DNA from: Gemmatimonadales bacterium
Lineage (GTDB): Bacteria; Gemmatimonadota; Gemmatimonadetes; Gemmatimonadales; GWC2-71-9
Assembly: GCA_037189525.1 (NCBI GenBank)
Contig: JBBCJC010000005.1
Span: forward strand, 160,001-224,000
Reading direction: 5' to 3'
DNA: 64,000 bases
Shown in pieces: positions 49,809-58,531 of this stretch. The notes under the pieces are model-generated. The model did not search any database, had not been told where the DNA came from, and saw only the letters and a program-made list of their open reading frames with translations. The stretch's first letter is position 1. Every line of letters begins with the position of its first letter. A program made the position numbers and the translations under genes.

Positions 49809-50973
49809 TCCAGATCTCCCCGAGAAACGAGCGCCCCGCCGTGAGCGGGGCAACGCCCAAGAACTCGGCCACCGTCTGTCCGACGTCGGCAAACGTTGCG
49901 CGTTCACCTAACGACACGGGCCGCACCTTCGGCCCGTACACGAGCACCGGGACCCGCTCCCGCGAATGGTCGGTCGACGGGGTGGTCGGGTCGTTCCCGT
50001 GGTCGGCCGTAAATATAACCAAATCATCCGCTTGCACGGCCCCGAGGAGATCCGGAATGGCCTGGTCCAGCTGGCGGAGGCCGGCCAGAAATCCGGGCAC
50101 ATCGTTCCGGTGCCCCCAGGTCTGATCGAACTCGATCACATTGGCAAAGACCAACCCGCTCCGGACGTCGGCGAAGGCCTGCCCGAGCAGGTCATACGCC
50201 GCCTGGTTGGTCGGGGTATGCACTGACTGGATGCCCCGGCCGGCAAAAAGGTCGTCCACCTTGCCGATCCCGACCCGGGCGACTCCTGCCGCTTCGAGCC
50301 GGTCGAGGAGGGTCGGCCCAACCGGAGGGAGGGAATAGTCCTTCCGGTCGGCGGTCCGGACCCACGCCCCCGGAACGCCTCGGAACGGCCGGGCAATCAC
50401 CCGCGACACCCCGGTATCCCCCCGGCAGAGTTCCCGCGCCAGCCCGCAAGCCCGGTACAACTCGTCGAGGGACACCACATCCTCGTGGGCCGCGATCTGA
50501 AAGACGCTGTCGGCCGAGGTGTAGACGATCCAGCTGCCGGTTGCGAGGTGCTCGGCGCCGAGTTGGTCGAGCACCGCCGTACCTGAGGCCGGCCAGTTCC
50601 CGAGCACACCGCGACCGGTGGCCCGCGCAAAGGCCGCAATCAGGTGGTCAGGAAAGCCCTGGGGGAAGGTGGGAAACGGCTGCTCCAGGATGAGCCCGGC
50701 CAGTTCCCAATGGCCGGTGGTGCTGTCCTTCCCTTCACTCGCGGGCTGTGCCGTGCCCCACGCCGCCCCGGGTTCGCCGCTGGCCGGGACCCCGGGCAGG
50801 GGGGCGCAACACCCCAGGCCCAACCCCTCCAGCGCCGGGAGCCGGTACCCCGCCGGGGCCTGAGCCAGAACATTGCCCAGGGTATTGCTGCCGGCATCGC
50901 CGTAGCGCGTCTGGTCGTGCGACGGCCCGATTCCGAGCCCGTCGAGTACGATCAGGAACGCGCGGCGGCTCAT
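49801..50973 (-). CDS. deoB: Phosphopentomutase
   Basis: IVLDGLGIG, GKDSTTGHWE, YTSADSVFQ, GHRND, TADHGNDPT. Confidence 0.95.
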   Translation of the reverse strand: MSRRAFLIVLDGLGIGPSHDQTRYGDAGSNTLGNVLAQAPAGYRLPALEGLGLGCCAPLPGVPASGEPGAAWGTAQPASEGKDSTTGHWELAGLILEQPFPTFPQGFPDHLIAAFARATGRGVLGNWPASGTAVLDQLGAEHLATGSWIVYTSADSVFQIAAHEDVVSLDELYRACGLARELCRGDTGVSRVIARPFRGVPGAWVRTADRKDYSLPPVGPTLLDRLEAAGVARVGIGKVDDLFAGRGIQSVHTPTNQAAYDLLGQAFADVRSGLVFANVIEFDQTWGHRNDVPGFLAGLRQLDQAIPDLLGAVQADDLVIFTADHGNDPTTPSTDHSRERVPVLVYGPKVRPVSLGERATFADVGQTVAEFLGVAPLTAGRSFLGEIWSG

Positions 50974-51236
50974 TGGATCGGCGGCGCGCCGGAGCCGGAC
51001 TGCACGAAGCGGAACCGGAGCGCGGTGAGCGCCTCCGTCAGCAGCTTCTCTTCATCGGCATCGAGCCGGCCCTTGGTCTTGTCGGACAGCATGCCGAGCG
51101 TATCGATCAGCGCCTGGGCAATCTGCCGCGCGTTGGCGCCGGGCATCCCTTCCGCACCCGGCGGAAGAGCGCCGTTCATGGCGCCTTCTGCCTGCTGCGC
51201 AAGACCGAGCACCAGGGAAGCGAAATGGGGATTCAT
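50970..51236 (-). CDS. DUF1844 family protein
   Basis: AQALIDTLGML..KTKGRL..EE..L..LRFRFV. Confidence 0.85.
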   Translation of the reverse strand: MNPHFASLVLGLAQQAEGAMNGALPPGAEGMPGANARQIAQALIDTLGMLSDKTKGRLDADEEKLLTEALTALRFRFVQSGSGAPPIQ

Positions 51237-52294
51237 GGCATCTCTCCGTACCGGCGGACCACGCGGGATCCGACCGAGGTTAACAGCTCATAGCTGATGG
51301 TACCGGCGCGCGCCGCCTGCGCATCCAGCGGCAGCGGCCCGCCGAACAATGTGGCCACCTGCCCCACCCGCACCGTCTGCCTGGGGGTGACGACCATGGT
51401 CATGTCCATGGTCACCCGCCCGGCAATGGTCCAGGTGGTGTCACCGATGGCGACCAGCCCCTTGCCGCTCAAGGCGCGATGCACGCCGTCGGCGTATCCG
51501 ATGCCCAGCGTCACCACCTCGCCGTCGGCGGCGACGGTGTGCGTCGCGCCATAGCTGATGGTGTCGCCCGCGCGGATCGCACGTACCGCATGCACCAGCG
51601 CCTGGAGGCGCGCGACGGGCTCCGGCACCAGCGACCCGGCTTCGCCGCCGTAAAGGAAGATGCCCGGCCGCGCCAGCGTACCTGCGTAGCGAGCGCCCCA
51701 CTGCCCGGCGGCGCTGTTGGCCAAGTGGACGACCGCCGGCCGGCCCAGCGCACCGACCACGGCGTCGAAGCGACCGGCCTGTTCGACCGTCAGGGCTTCG
51801 GAGCTATCGGACGCGGCAAAGTGCATGAAGACGCCTTCGAAGCGGGCCGAGCCGTGGACCCGATCGCGGGCGGCGGCCAGCGACGCCTCGTCGTGCCAGC
51901 GGAAGCCCCCGCGTCCCATTCCGGTATCGATCTCGAGATGGAAAGGACGGTCTGACGCGCCCATCCAGGCATCGAGCCCCCGCACGCTGCCGATGGCCGG
52001 GCGGAGGTCGAGTTCCAGATACTCGTCGAGCCGCTCCGGCACGAACGGCACGAAGACCATGATCCGGCGGGTAATGCCCGCCTCACGCAACTGGCGCGCT
52101 TCGCTGAGCGTCGCCACCCCGAACCCCCAGGGGTCGAGCGTTTCGAGCGCCCGGGCCACCGGCACCGCCCCGAGGCCGTAGGCGTTGGCCTTGACCATGG
52201 GCAGGATCGGAACCCCGACTGCCTTCGCGTAGCTGCGGGCATTGCGGAGCAACGCCCCGAGATCGACATCGAGCCAAGGACCGGACGCAGACAT
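51233..52294 (-). CDS. alr: Alanine racemase
   Basis: MVKANAYG, HLEIDTGMGR, RPGIFLYG, ISYG, GRVTMD. Confidence 0.95.
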   Translation of the reverse strand: MSASGPWLDVDLGALLRNARSYAKAVGVPILPMVKANAYGLGAVPVARALETLDPWGFGVATLSEARQLREAGITRRIMVFVPFVPERLDEYLELDLRPAIGSVRGLDAWMGASDRPFHLEIDTGMGRGGFRWHDEASLAAARDRVHGSARFEGVFMHFAASDSSEALTVEQAGRFDAVVGALGRPAVVHLANSAAGQWGARYAGTLARPGIFLYGGEAGSLVPEPVARLQALVHAVRAIRAGDTISYGATHTVAADGEVVTLGIGYADGVHRALSGKGLVAIGDTTWTIAGRVTMDMTMVVTPRQTVRVGQVATLFGGPLPLDAQAARAGTISYELLTSVGSRVVRRYGEMP

Positions 52295-52392
52295 GCACAT
52301 TGGGGTGGAAGAGGACCGAACGGATGCCGCAGCCACACCGCCACTGCAGCATAAAGAGGTGACCAAGTACAATAAGGACACGCGGAGGGGGA

Positions 52393-53148
52393 ATGCAAGA
52401 AAAATCGGCGCTCGAACGTGCGATGGCGATGGTGACGGATCTGCGGGAACGGTGCCCCTGGGACCGGGCCCAGACGCGCGACACGCTCAGGCCCTACCTG
52501 ATCGAAGAAGTCCACGAACTGGATCACGCCATCGGCACCGGCGACATCGCCGGGATCCGGGACGAGATGAGCGACTTCCTGCTGCATACGGCCTGGCAGC
52601 TGGTGCTTGGTGCGGAACGGGGTGAATTCACCCCGGACGAGATCGCCGCCGATCTCGAAGCCAAGATGAAACGGCGGCACCCGCACCTGTTCGACCTGGG
52701 ACCGAAGGAGTCGTGGGAATCGCTCAAGCGCCGCGAGCGAACCACGCCCCGCGGAACGCTCGACGGCCTGCCCCCCTCCCTGCCGCCGCTCCTCCTGGCC
52801 ATGCGAATGGGCGAACGGGCCGCGGCCGTCGGATTCGACTGGCCCGACGCAACCGGGCCAATCGCGAAGGTCCGCGAAGAACTGGCCGAGGTGGAAGAGG
52901 CCCTGGCCGGCGCCGACCGGGACGCTCTGGATCACGAAATCGGCGACCTGCTCTTTTCGGTCGTGAATGTGGCGCGCAAGGTCGGCATCCAGCCGAGTGC
53001 CGCGTTGGAGCGGGCCAATGCCCGATTCCGGGAACGGTTCCGCGGCGTCGAGCAGCGGGCCGCCGACCGAGGCGTCGATCTGGCCACCGCAGGACTCGAG
53101 CGGCTGGACGAATTCTGGAACGAAGCCAAGACGGAGGGCGACCAATGA
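52393..53148 (+). CDS. mazG: Nucleoside triphosphate pyrophosphohydrolase
   Basis: CPWDRAQT, RRHPHLF, VGFDW, EIGDLLF. Confidence 0.93.
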   Translation: MQEKSALERAMAMVTDLRERCPWDRAQTRDTLRPYLIEEVHELDHAIGTGDIAGIRDEMSDFLLHTAWQLVLGAERGEFTPDEIAADLEAKMKRRHPHLFDLGPKESWESLKRRERTTPRGTLDGLPPSLPPLLLAMRMGERAAAVGFDWPDATGPIAKVREELAEVEEALAGADRDALDHEIGDLLFSVVNVARKVGIQPSAALERANARFRERFRGVEQRAADRGVDLATAGLERLDEFWNEAKTEGDQ

Positions 53149-53504
53149 GCCGGATCGGAATCGGCGTGAGCATTGCACTCGGCGCGCTCATAGGATGCGC
53201 GGCTGGCACACCCGGCGGCGTTCCGACTGCTGCGCGATGCCCGGCAACCGATACGGCAGCCGGGCACCGCACCGCGAGTATCTTCATCGATGGGCGCGAA
53301 ATCGCGGCCGGCCTGTCGGCTCGGCGGGGTACCGAGGAGTTTCCCGAAACCTACAGTTTGGACGGACCCGAACCCGAGGCGCTTGCCGCGCTGCCGGTCG
53401 AACGGATCGATCTGATCGAATACGTCCGGGGCGCCGACGCTGAGCGGAGCTACCGGCTCTGCCCGGGTGGCGTGGCGTTCCTGATCACGACGACGGGGCG
53501 CTGA
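53145..53504 (+). CDS. Small lipoprotein resembling a stand-alone TonB-receptor plug fragment
   Basis: Lipobox LIGC, IFIDG...LPVERIDLIEYVRG..A...Y...GGVAFLITT. Confidence 0.6.
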   Translation: MSRIGIGVSIALGALIGCAAGTPGGVPTAARCPATDTAAGHRTASIFIDGREIAAGLSARRGTEEFPETYSLDGPEPEALAALPVERIDLIEYVRGADAERSYRLCPGGVAFLITTTGR

Positions 53505-53520
53505 TCCTTACCCTGCCGCC

Positions 53521-54816
53521 TCAGGGATAGAGGCGGTGGATCTGGCGCGGGAAGGCGATGGTCTCCCGAATGTGCGGAATCCCGGTAATCCAGGCCACGG
53601 TCCGCTCCACCCCGAGCCCGAAGCCCGAGTGGACGAAGGTGCCGTACTTCCGCAGGTCGAGGTACCAACCGTAGGCCTTGGGATCGAGTCCCTGCGCAAT
53701 GATGCGCGCCAGGAGCCGGTCGTGATCGTCTTCCCGCTGTGATCCGCCGATGATCTCGCCATAGCCTTCCGGCGCCAGACAGTCGTTGTTGAGCACCGTC
53801 CGCGGATCCTCGGGGTTCTCCTTCATATAGAAGGCTTTGACTTCCTTCGGATAGTTCTTGACGAAGATGGGCCGGTCGTACTCCTTGGCCAGCAGCGTTT
53901 CGTCGTCGCCGCCCAGGTCGTCGCCCCATTTGATATCGGAACTCAGCTGGTTCAGGCGGGTCACCGCATCGGTATAGCTGATCCGCGGAAACGGACCCAC
54001 CACCCGCTCGAGCGGAGCCCGGTCGCGCTCCAACTCGTCGAGTTCGTCCTTGCAGCGGTCGAGGGCGCGGGCCACCAGGTAGCTGACCAGGTCCTCCTGG
54101 AGCTGCATGTTGTCGTCCGAATCGGCAAAGGCCACTTCGGGTTCGACCATCCAGAACTCGGTCAGATGCCGGCGGGTCTTCGACTTCTCCGCCCGGAAAG
54201 TCGGACCCAGGCAGTAGACCTTGCCGAGCGCCGCGCAGGAGGCCTCGACGTAGAGCTGGCCGGTCTGCGCCAGGTACGCCTGGCCCAGGTCGAAGTACTC
54301 GGTGGCAAAGAGGTTGCCCGCCTCCTCGCCGATGCTGCCGGTCAGGATCGGCGTGCTGACGTGATAAAAGCCGCGCTCGTCGAAGAAATCGTGCAGGGCC
54401 TGAAAGATCTGATGGCGGACCTTGGCAATCGCCACCTGTTTCCGACTCCGCAGCCAGAGGTGACGGTGCTCGAAGAGGAAGGCCGTGCCGTGCTCCTTGG
54501 GCGTGATCGGGAAGTCCGGGCTCGCACCCAGTACCTCCAACTCGGCCACAGCCAGTTCGACTCCGCCTGCCTGCCGCGCATCGGCCCGAACCTCGCCACG
54601 GACCCGAACCGAGGTCTCCTGCGTCAGCGCGAGCGCCGCCTCCCAGGTTGCCTCGGGCAGGTCCCGCTTGGAAAGGACGCACTGCAGATACCCCGAGCCA
54701 TCGCGCAGCACGAGAAAGGCAATCTTCCCGCTGGTCCGGGTCGTCACGACCCAGCCGGCGACTGTCACGGTCTGGCCGGCGTAGCCGCTCAGGGACTTAA
54801 TGTCTGTCTGTTCCAT
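53521..54816 (-). CDS. asnS: Asparagine--tRNA ligase
   Basis: RHLWLRS, GPTFRAEKSKTRRHLTEFWM, KAFYM, WYLDLRKYG. Confidence 0.95.
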   Translation of the reverse strand: MEQTDIKSLSGYAGQTVTVAGWVVTTRTSGKIAFLVLRDGSGYLQCVLSKRDLPEATWEAALALTQETSVRVRGEVRADARQAGGVELAVAELEVLGASPDFPITPKEHGTAFLFEHRHLWLRSRKQVAIAKVRHQIFQALHDFFDERGFYHVSTPILTGSIGEEAGNLFATEYFDLGQAYLAQTGQLYVEASCAALGKVYCLGPTFRAEKSKTRRHLTEFWMVEPEVAFADSDDNMQLQEDLVSYLVARALDRCKDELDELERDRAPLERVVGPFPRISYTDAVTRLNQLSSDIKWGDDLGGDDETLLAKEYDRPIFVKNYPKEVKAFYMKENPEDPRTVLNNDCLAPEGYGEIIGGSQREDDHDRLLARIIAQGLDPKAYGWYLDLRKYGTFVHSGFGLGVERTVAWITGIPHIRETIAFPRQIHRLYP

Positions 54817-55091
54817 GCCGATAATCGAAGGTTCGGGGCCGCCTATTGTACCGGGGATGAGCCATCGAGGTCAATTCCCGGTCGCCCGACCCGCTGTGCA
54901 AGTACCAATAGCGTCAAGCGTCAAAATATTGCACCTTCTCACACCACAAAACGTTCGATTTCAATACACTGAACGATTTTTATGATCTTGCGCGTACGCC
55001 GCCTCTTTCTGATCTTTGGCCCGTCGACGGTGCCGACCGAGACGGAACCGCGCCGAGCCGAGTCACCCAGAGCACGCTTACGAGGTATCTG

Positions 55092-55331
55092 ATGGCCATT
55101 CACATGCAGGCTCGTCTCAAGTCCGAACACACTCTCCGCTACCCGCGCCTTTCCGCGAACATGTGGTACGAGGTGTCACCCATCTTCCCCGGCGTGACGA
55201 CGCGCCGCGTGGATATCTTCGGCCGCCGGATCACGAGGATCCGCACGGCTCGTGATTACGAGACAGTGCAGGCGGCCCACTTCGAGTTCAGAGAACGGCC
55301 AGTCGAAGAGGAACAGGTCGTCATGGCCTGA
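55092..55331 (+). CDS. Small hypothetical protein
   Basis: GAGGT RBS, strong codon bias, own terminator. Confidence 0.75.
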   Translation: MAIHMQARLKSEHTLRYPRLSANMWYEVSPIFPGVTTRRVDIFGRRITRIRTARDYETVQAAHFEFRERPVEEEQVVMA

Positions 55332-55357
55332 CGCCAACCGAGTCTGACATCACACCG

Positions 55358-55395
55358 AAGGCGGCAGCCCGACATCGGGATCTGCCGCCTTTTTT
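55358..55395 (+). terminator. Intrinsic terminator
   Basis: AAGGCGGCAG...CTGCCGCCTT stem followed by a T run. Confidence 0.88.
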
Positions 55396-55766
55396 GTTCA
55401 AAAACCCTCAATCGTTTCTTTTCCACACGACAGCAAGCTGTCCCTTATCGTATGGTCGTAATTGCTTGTCTTGATAGAACCTAGCGAGCAGAGAGGAAAA
55501 GCAGCTCAACCGTTACATCACCCGGACGCCTTCGCCTGACGGGCCATGGTCGAGGCAAAAGGACCCCCTACGTCCCGCGAAAAGCAGTGTCACATTTCCA
55601 CGTCACTGCAGACCAGACAGCATTCTGGTCCGTTTGACGCACCGCCGCTCGGTATGCAACTTCTCTTCAGCCGCCCCGGCGCCGAGCCAGCCAACGGTTG
55701 ACCCCCGACCGGTGTCTAAGGCCGAGAACTCGCTTTCGTACCTCAGAGGTTGTGAAAGGACCTGCC

Positions 55767-57137
55767 ATGCGCCTTCTCCGCGCTCGCTGGTTTCAGATCC
55801 TGCTCGTCGTCGTGGCACTGTCCGCAGTCGCCGCGTGGGCCATGGGCGGCGACAAGGATACGACGTCCCCGGTCGTGGCTCGGGTCGGCCGGGGGGCCTT
55901 TCGCGTCACGGTCACGACCTCGGGCGAGCTACGGGCACTCAAGGCCGTCAATATTTCGGTCCCGCCCAACGCCCAGCAGGCCGAAGCCTACCAGATGCGG
56001 ATTCAGACCATCGTCCCCGAGGGCACGGTGGTGAAGGAGGGCGACGTCGTCGCCGAGCTGGACCGGTCCACGCTGGCAACCAAGATGGCCGAATTCAGCC
56101 TGGCGCTGCAGAAGGCCGAGGCGGTCTACGAGCAGGCAATGCTGGACTCGACGCTCAACCTGTCCAAGGCCCGGGAAGAGATCCGCACCATGGACCTGGG
56201 CCTGGAGGAGAAGAAGCTGGCCAAGGAGCAGGCGGTCTACGAGGCCCCCACGGTCCGGCGTCAGGCGGAGATCGACTACGAAAAGGCCGAACGGGCGCTG
56301 GCTCAAGCCAAGGTCGACTACAAGACGAAGGTGGAGCAGGCCCAGGCCAAGATGCGCGAGGTCGGCGCCGATCGCGAACGCCAGCAGAACAAGGTCCGCC
56401 TGGTCCAGGAAGTCATGGCGGGGTTCACGGTCCGGGCCCCGACTGCCGGGATGGTGATCTACTTCAAGGAATGGAACGGACGGAAGCGAACCACCGGTTC
56501 GCAGGTATCCGCCTGGGACCAGGTGGTCGCGACCCTGCCCGACCTGAGTCAGATGGAGTCGATCACCTTCGTCAACGAAATCGATGTCCGGAAGGTGTCC
56601 GTCGGGCAGGTGGTGGCCATCTCGCTCGATTCGGACCCGACCAAGCGCCTGACCGGGAAGGTGACTGCGGTCGCCAACGTCGGCGAACAGCGCCCCAACA
56701 CCGACGCCAAAGTCTTCGAAGTCAAAGTCCTCATCGAGCAGCCGGACACCACACTCCGCCCCGGTATGACCACCGGCAACGAGATCGAAACGTTCCGGAG
56801 CGATGACGCCCTGTCCGTACCGATCGAGGCTCTCGCGAGCGAGGGCGGCGTGCCCTTCGTGTTCCGCCAGGACGGGGGCCGGGTCACCAAGCAGGAAGTG
56901 GAGACCGGCACCATGAATGACGATGAGGTGGTGATCCTCCGCGGCCTCAACGAAAACGATCGGGTGCTGCTCTCGCCTCCTGCGGACCGTGAGAAGATGG
57001 AGATCAAACGGCTGCCCGGTTCGACTGCCGCCCCTGCCGCGGACGGCGATACCGCAGCGCCTGCCCTGCCCCTCAGCGATTCGAGCAAAGCCGGCAAGGC
57101 GGCACGCCCGTCGCCCGATACCAAAGCGGGGACCTGA
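55767..57137 (+). CDS. Periplasmic adaptor (MacA/HlyD-like)
   Basis: N-terminal TM, VPEGTVVKEGD, long coiled coil, VRAPTAG, LRPGMT. Confidence 0.9.
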   Translation: MRLLRARWFQILLVVVALSAVAAWAMGGDKDTTSPVVARVGRGAFRVTVTTSGELRALKAVNISVPPNAQQAEAYQMRIQTIVPEGTVVKEGDVVAELDRSTLATKMAEFSLALQKAEAVYEQAMLDSTLNLSKAREEIRTMDLGLEEKKLAKEQAVYEAPTVRRQAEIDYEKAERALAQAKVDYKTKVEQAQAKMREVGADRERQQNKVRLVQEVMAGFTVRAPTAGMVIYFKEWNGRKRTTGSQVSAWDQVVATLPDLSQMESITFVNEIDVRKVSVGQVVAISLDSDPTKRLTGKVTAVANVGEQRPNTDAKVFEVKVLIEQPDTTLRPGMTTGNEIETFRSDDALSVPIEALASEGGVPFVFRQDGGRVTKQEVETGTMNDDEVVILRGLNENDRVLLSPPADREKMEIKRLPGSTAAPAADGDTAAPALPLSDSSKAGKAARPSPDTKAGT

Positions 57138-57142
57138 GCCAC

Positions 57143-58531
57143 GTGCGTCTCGACTGGCAATCCCTCCGGGGGCGACTGACCGCGCACATCGGTTTCAGTA
57201 TGCGCACCGCGCTCGAAGCGGTGCGTCACAATACCCTGCGCGCCGCCCTGACCTCCCTGGGCATTCTCTTCGGCGTGGCCTCCGTGATTGCGATGCTGGC
57301 CATCGGCAAAGGGGCCGAGCACGAGATCCTCGAGCAGATGGTGCTCCTGGGCTCGAACAACGTGGTGATCACTCCGCTGATCGAACAGAAGGAAGGCCCC
57401 GCCAACGAGCAGGCCAAAGAGGAACCCAAGCGTTTCTCGCCGGGTCTGACCTACGCCGATGCAGCGGCCCTGGCGCGGGTGATTCCGGCGGTCGATGCCA
57501 TCAGCGCCGAGGTGGTGCTCAACACCAACATCACCCGGGAAGGCCAGCGCCGATCGGGCAAGCTGGTGGGCGTCGACACCGCTTACTTCCGGATCACCAA
57601 CCTGGCGTTAGGCGCGGGTGAATGGTTCAGCGCCACCCAGGTGGCGCAGGGTCTCCCGGTCGCGATCATCGGCCAGGGCGTGCGGAGCCGGTTCTTTGCC
57701 ACGGAAGAGCCGATCGGCCGCCGAATCAAAGTCGGTGACACCTGGCTGACCGTGGTGGGCGTACTGACCGATCGACGAGTCAACGACGACATTGCCGCGC
57801 GCCTGGGAATTCGAGACGCGAACATGGACGTCTACGTTCCGGTTCACACCATGCTGAGCCGGTTCCGGAACCGCGCGCTGGTGACCCAGCGGGACATCGA
57901 GCTGGCCACGCGGCGGACCAACACCTCGCAGAACAACGAGGCCAGCGAAACCGAAGAACAGCGCAGCGAGCGGATCAACCGGAACCAGCTGGACCGGATC
58001 ATCCTCCGGGTGGCCGACGCCCGCCAGGTCACAGGCGTTGCCGACATTGCCCAACGTATGCTCACGCGGCGTCACAACAACGTCATCGACTTCGAGATCA
58101 CCGTGCCCGAGCTGTTGCTCAAACAGGAACAGCGGACCCGGACGATCTTCAACATCGTGCTGGGCGCCATTGCCTCGATCTCGCTGGTCGTCGGCGGCAT
58201 CGGCATCATGAACATCATGCTGGCGTCGGTGCTCGAACGGATTCGGGAAATCGGGGTCCGCCGCGCGGTCGGCGCGACGCAGCAGGAAATCCTGTTTCAG
58301 TTCCTGAGCGAGGCCGTGCTCATCAGCGTGGCCGGCGGTGTGGCCGGGATCCTGGTCGGCGCCGGCTTGAGCTTCGGGATCGAGCGCCTGGCCGGCATCA
58401 AAACCATCGTCTCTTCCCTGTCGGTGCTGGTGGCATTCGGCGTATCGTTCAGCGTCGGCATCGCCTTCGGTATCGTGCCCGCCTATCGCGCGGCACGCCA
58501 GGACCCCGTCGTCTGCCTCCGGTACGAGTGA
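57143..58531 (+). CDS. MacB/FtsX-like ABC permease without fused NBD
   Basis: LTSLGILFGVASVIAM, LVVGGIGIMNIM..SVLERIREIGVRRAVGA, PAYRAA. Confidence 0.92.
   Translation: MRLDWQSLRGRLTAHIGFSMRTALEAVRHNTLRAALTSLGILFGVASVIAMLAIGKGAEHEILEQMVLLGSNNVVITPLIEQKEGPANEQAKEEPKRFSPGLTYADAAALARVIPAVDAISAEVVLNTNITREGQRRSGKLVGVDTAYFRITNLALGAGEWFSATQVAQGLPVAIIGQGVRSRFFATEEPIGRRIKVGDTWLTVVGVLTDRRVNDDIAARLGIRDANMDVYVPVHTMLSRFRNRALVTQRDIELATRRTNTSQNNEASETEEQRSERINRNQLDRIILRVADARQVTGVADIAQRMLTRRHNNVIDFEITVPELLLKQEQRTRTIFNIVLGAIASISLVVGGIGIMNIMLASVLERIREIGVRRAVGATQQEILFQFLSEAVLISVAGGVAGILVGAGLSFGIERLAGIKTIVSSLSVLVAFGVSFSVGIAFGIVPAYRAARQDPVVCLRYE

Noticed and set aside
54896..54910. Sigma54-like TGGTAC/TTGCA on the minus strand upstream of asnS
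   Set aside because: The required spacing between the -24 and -12 elements is absent.
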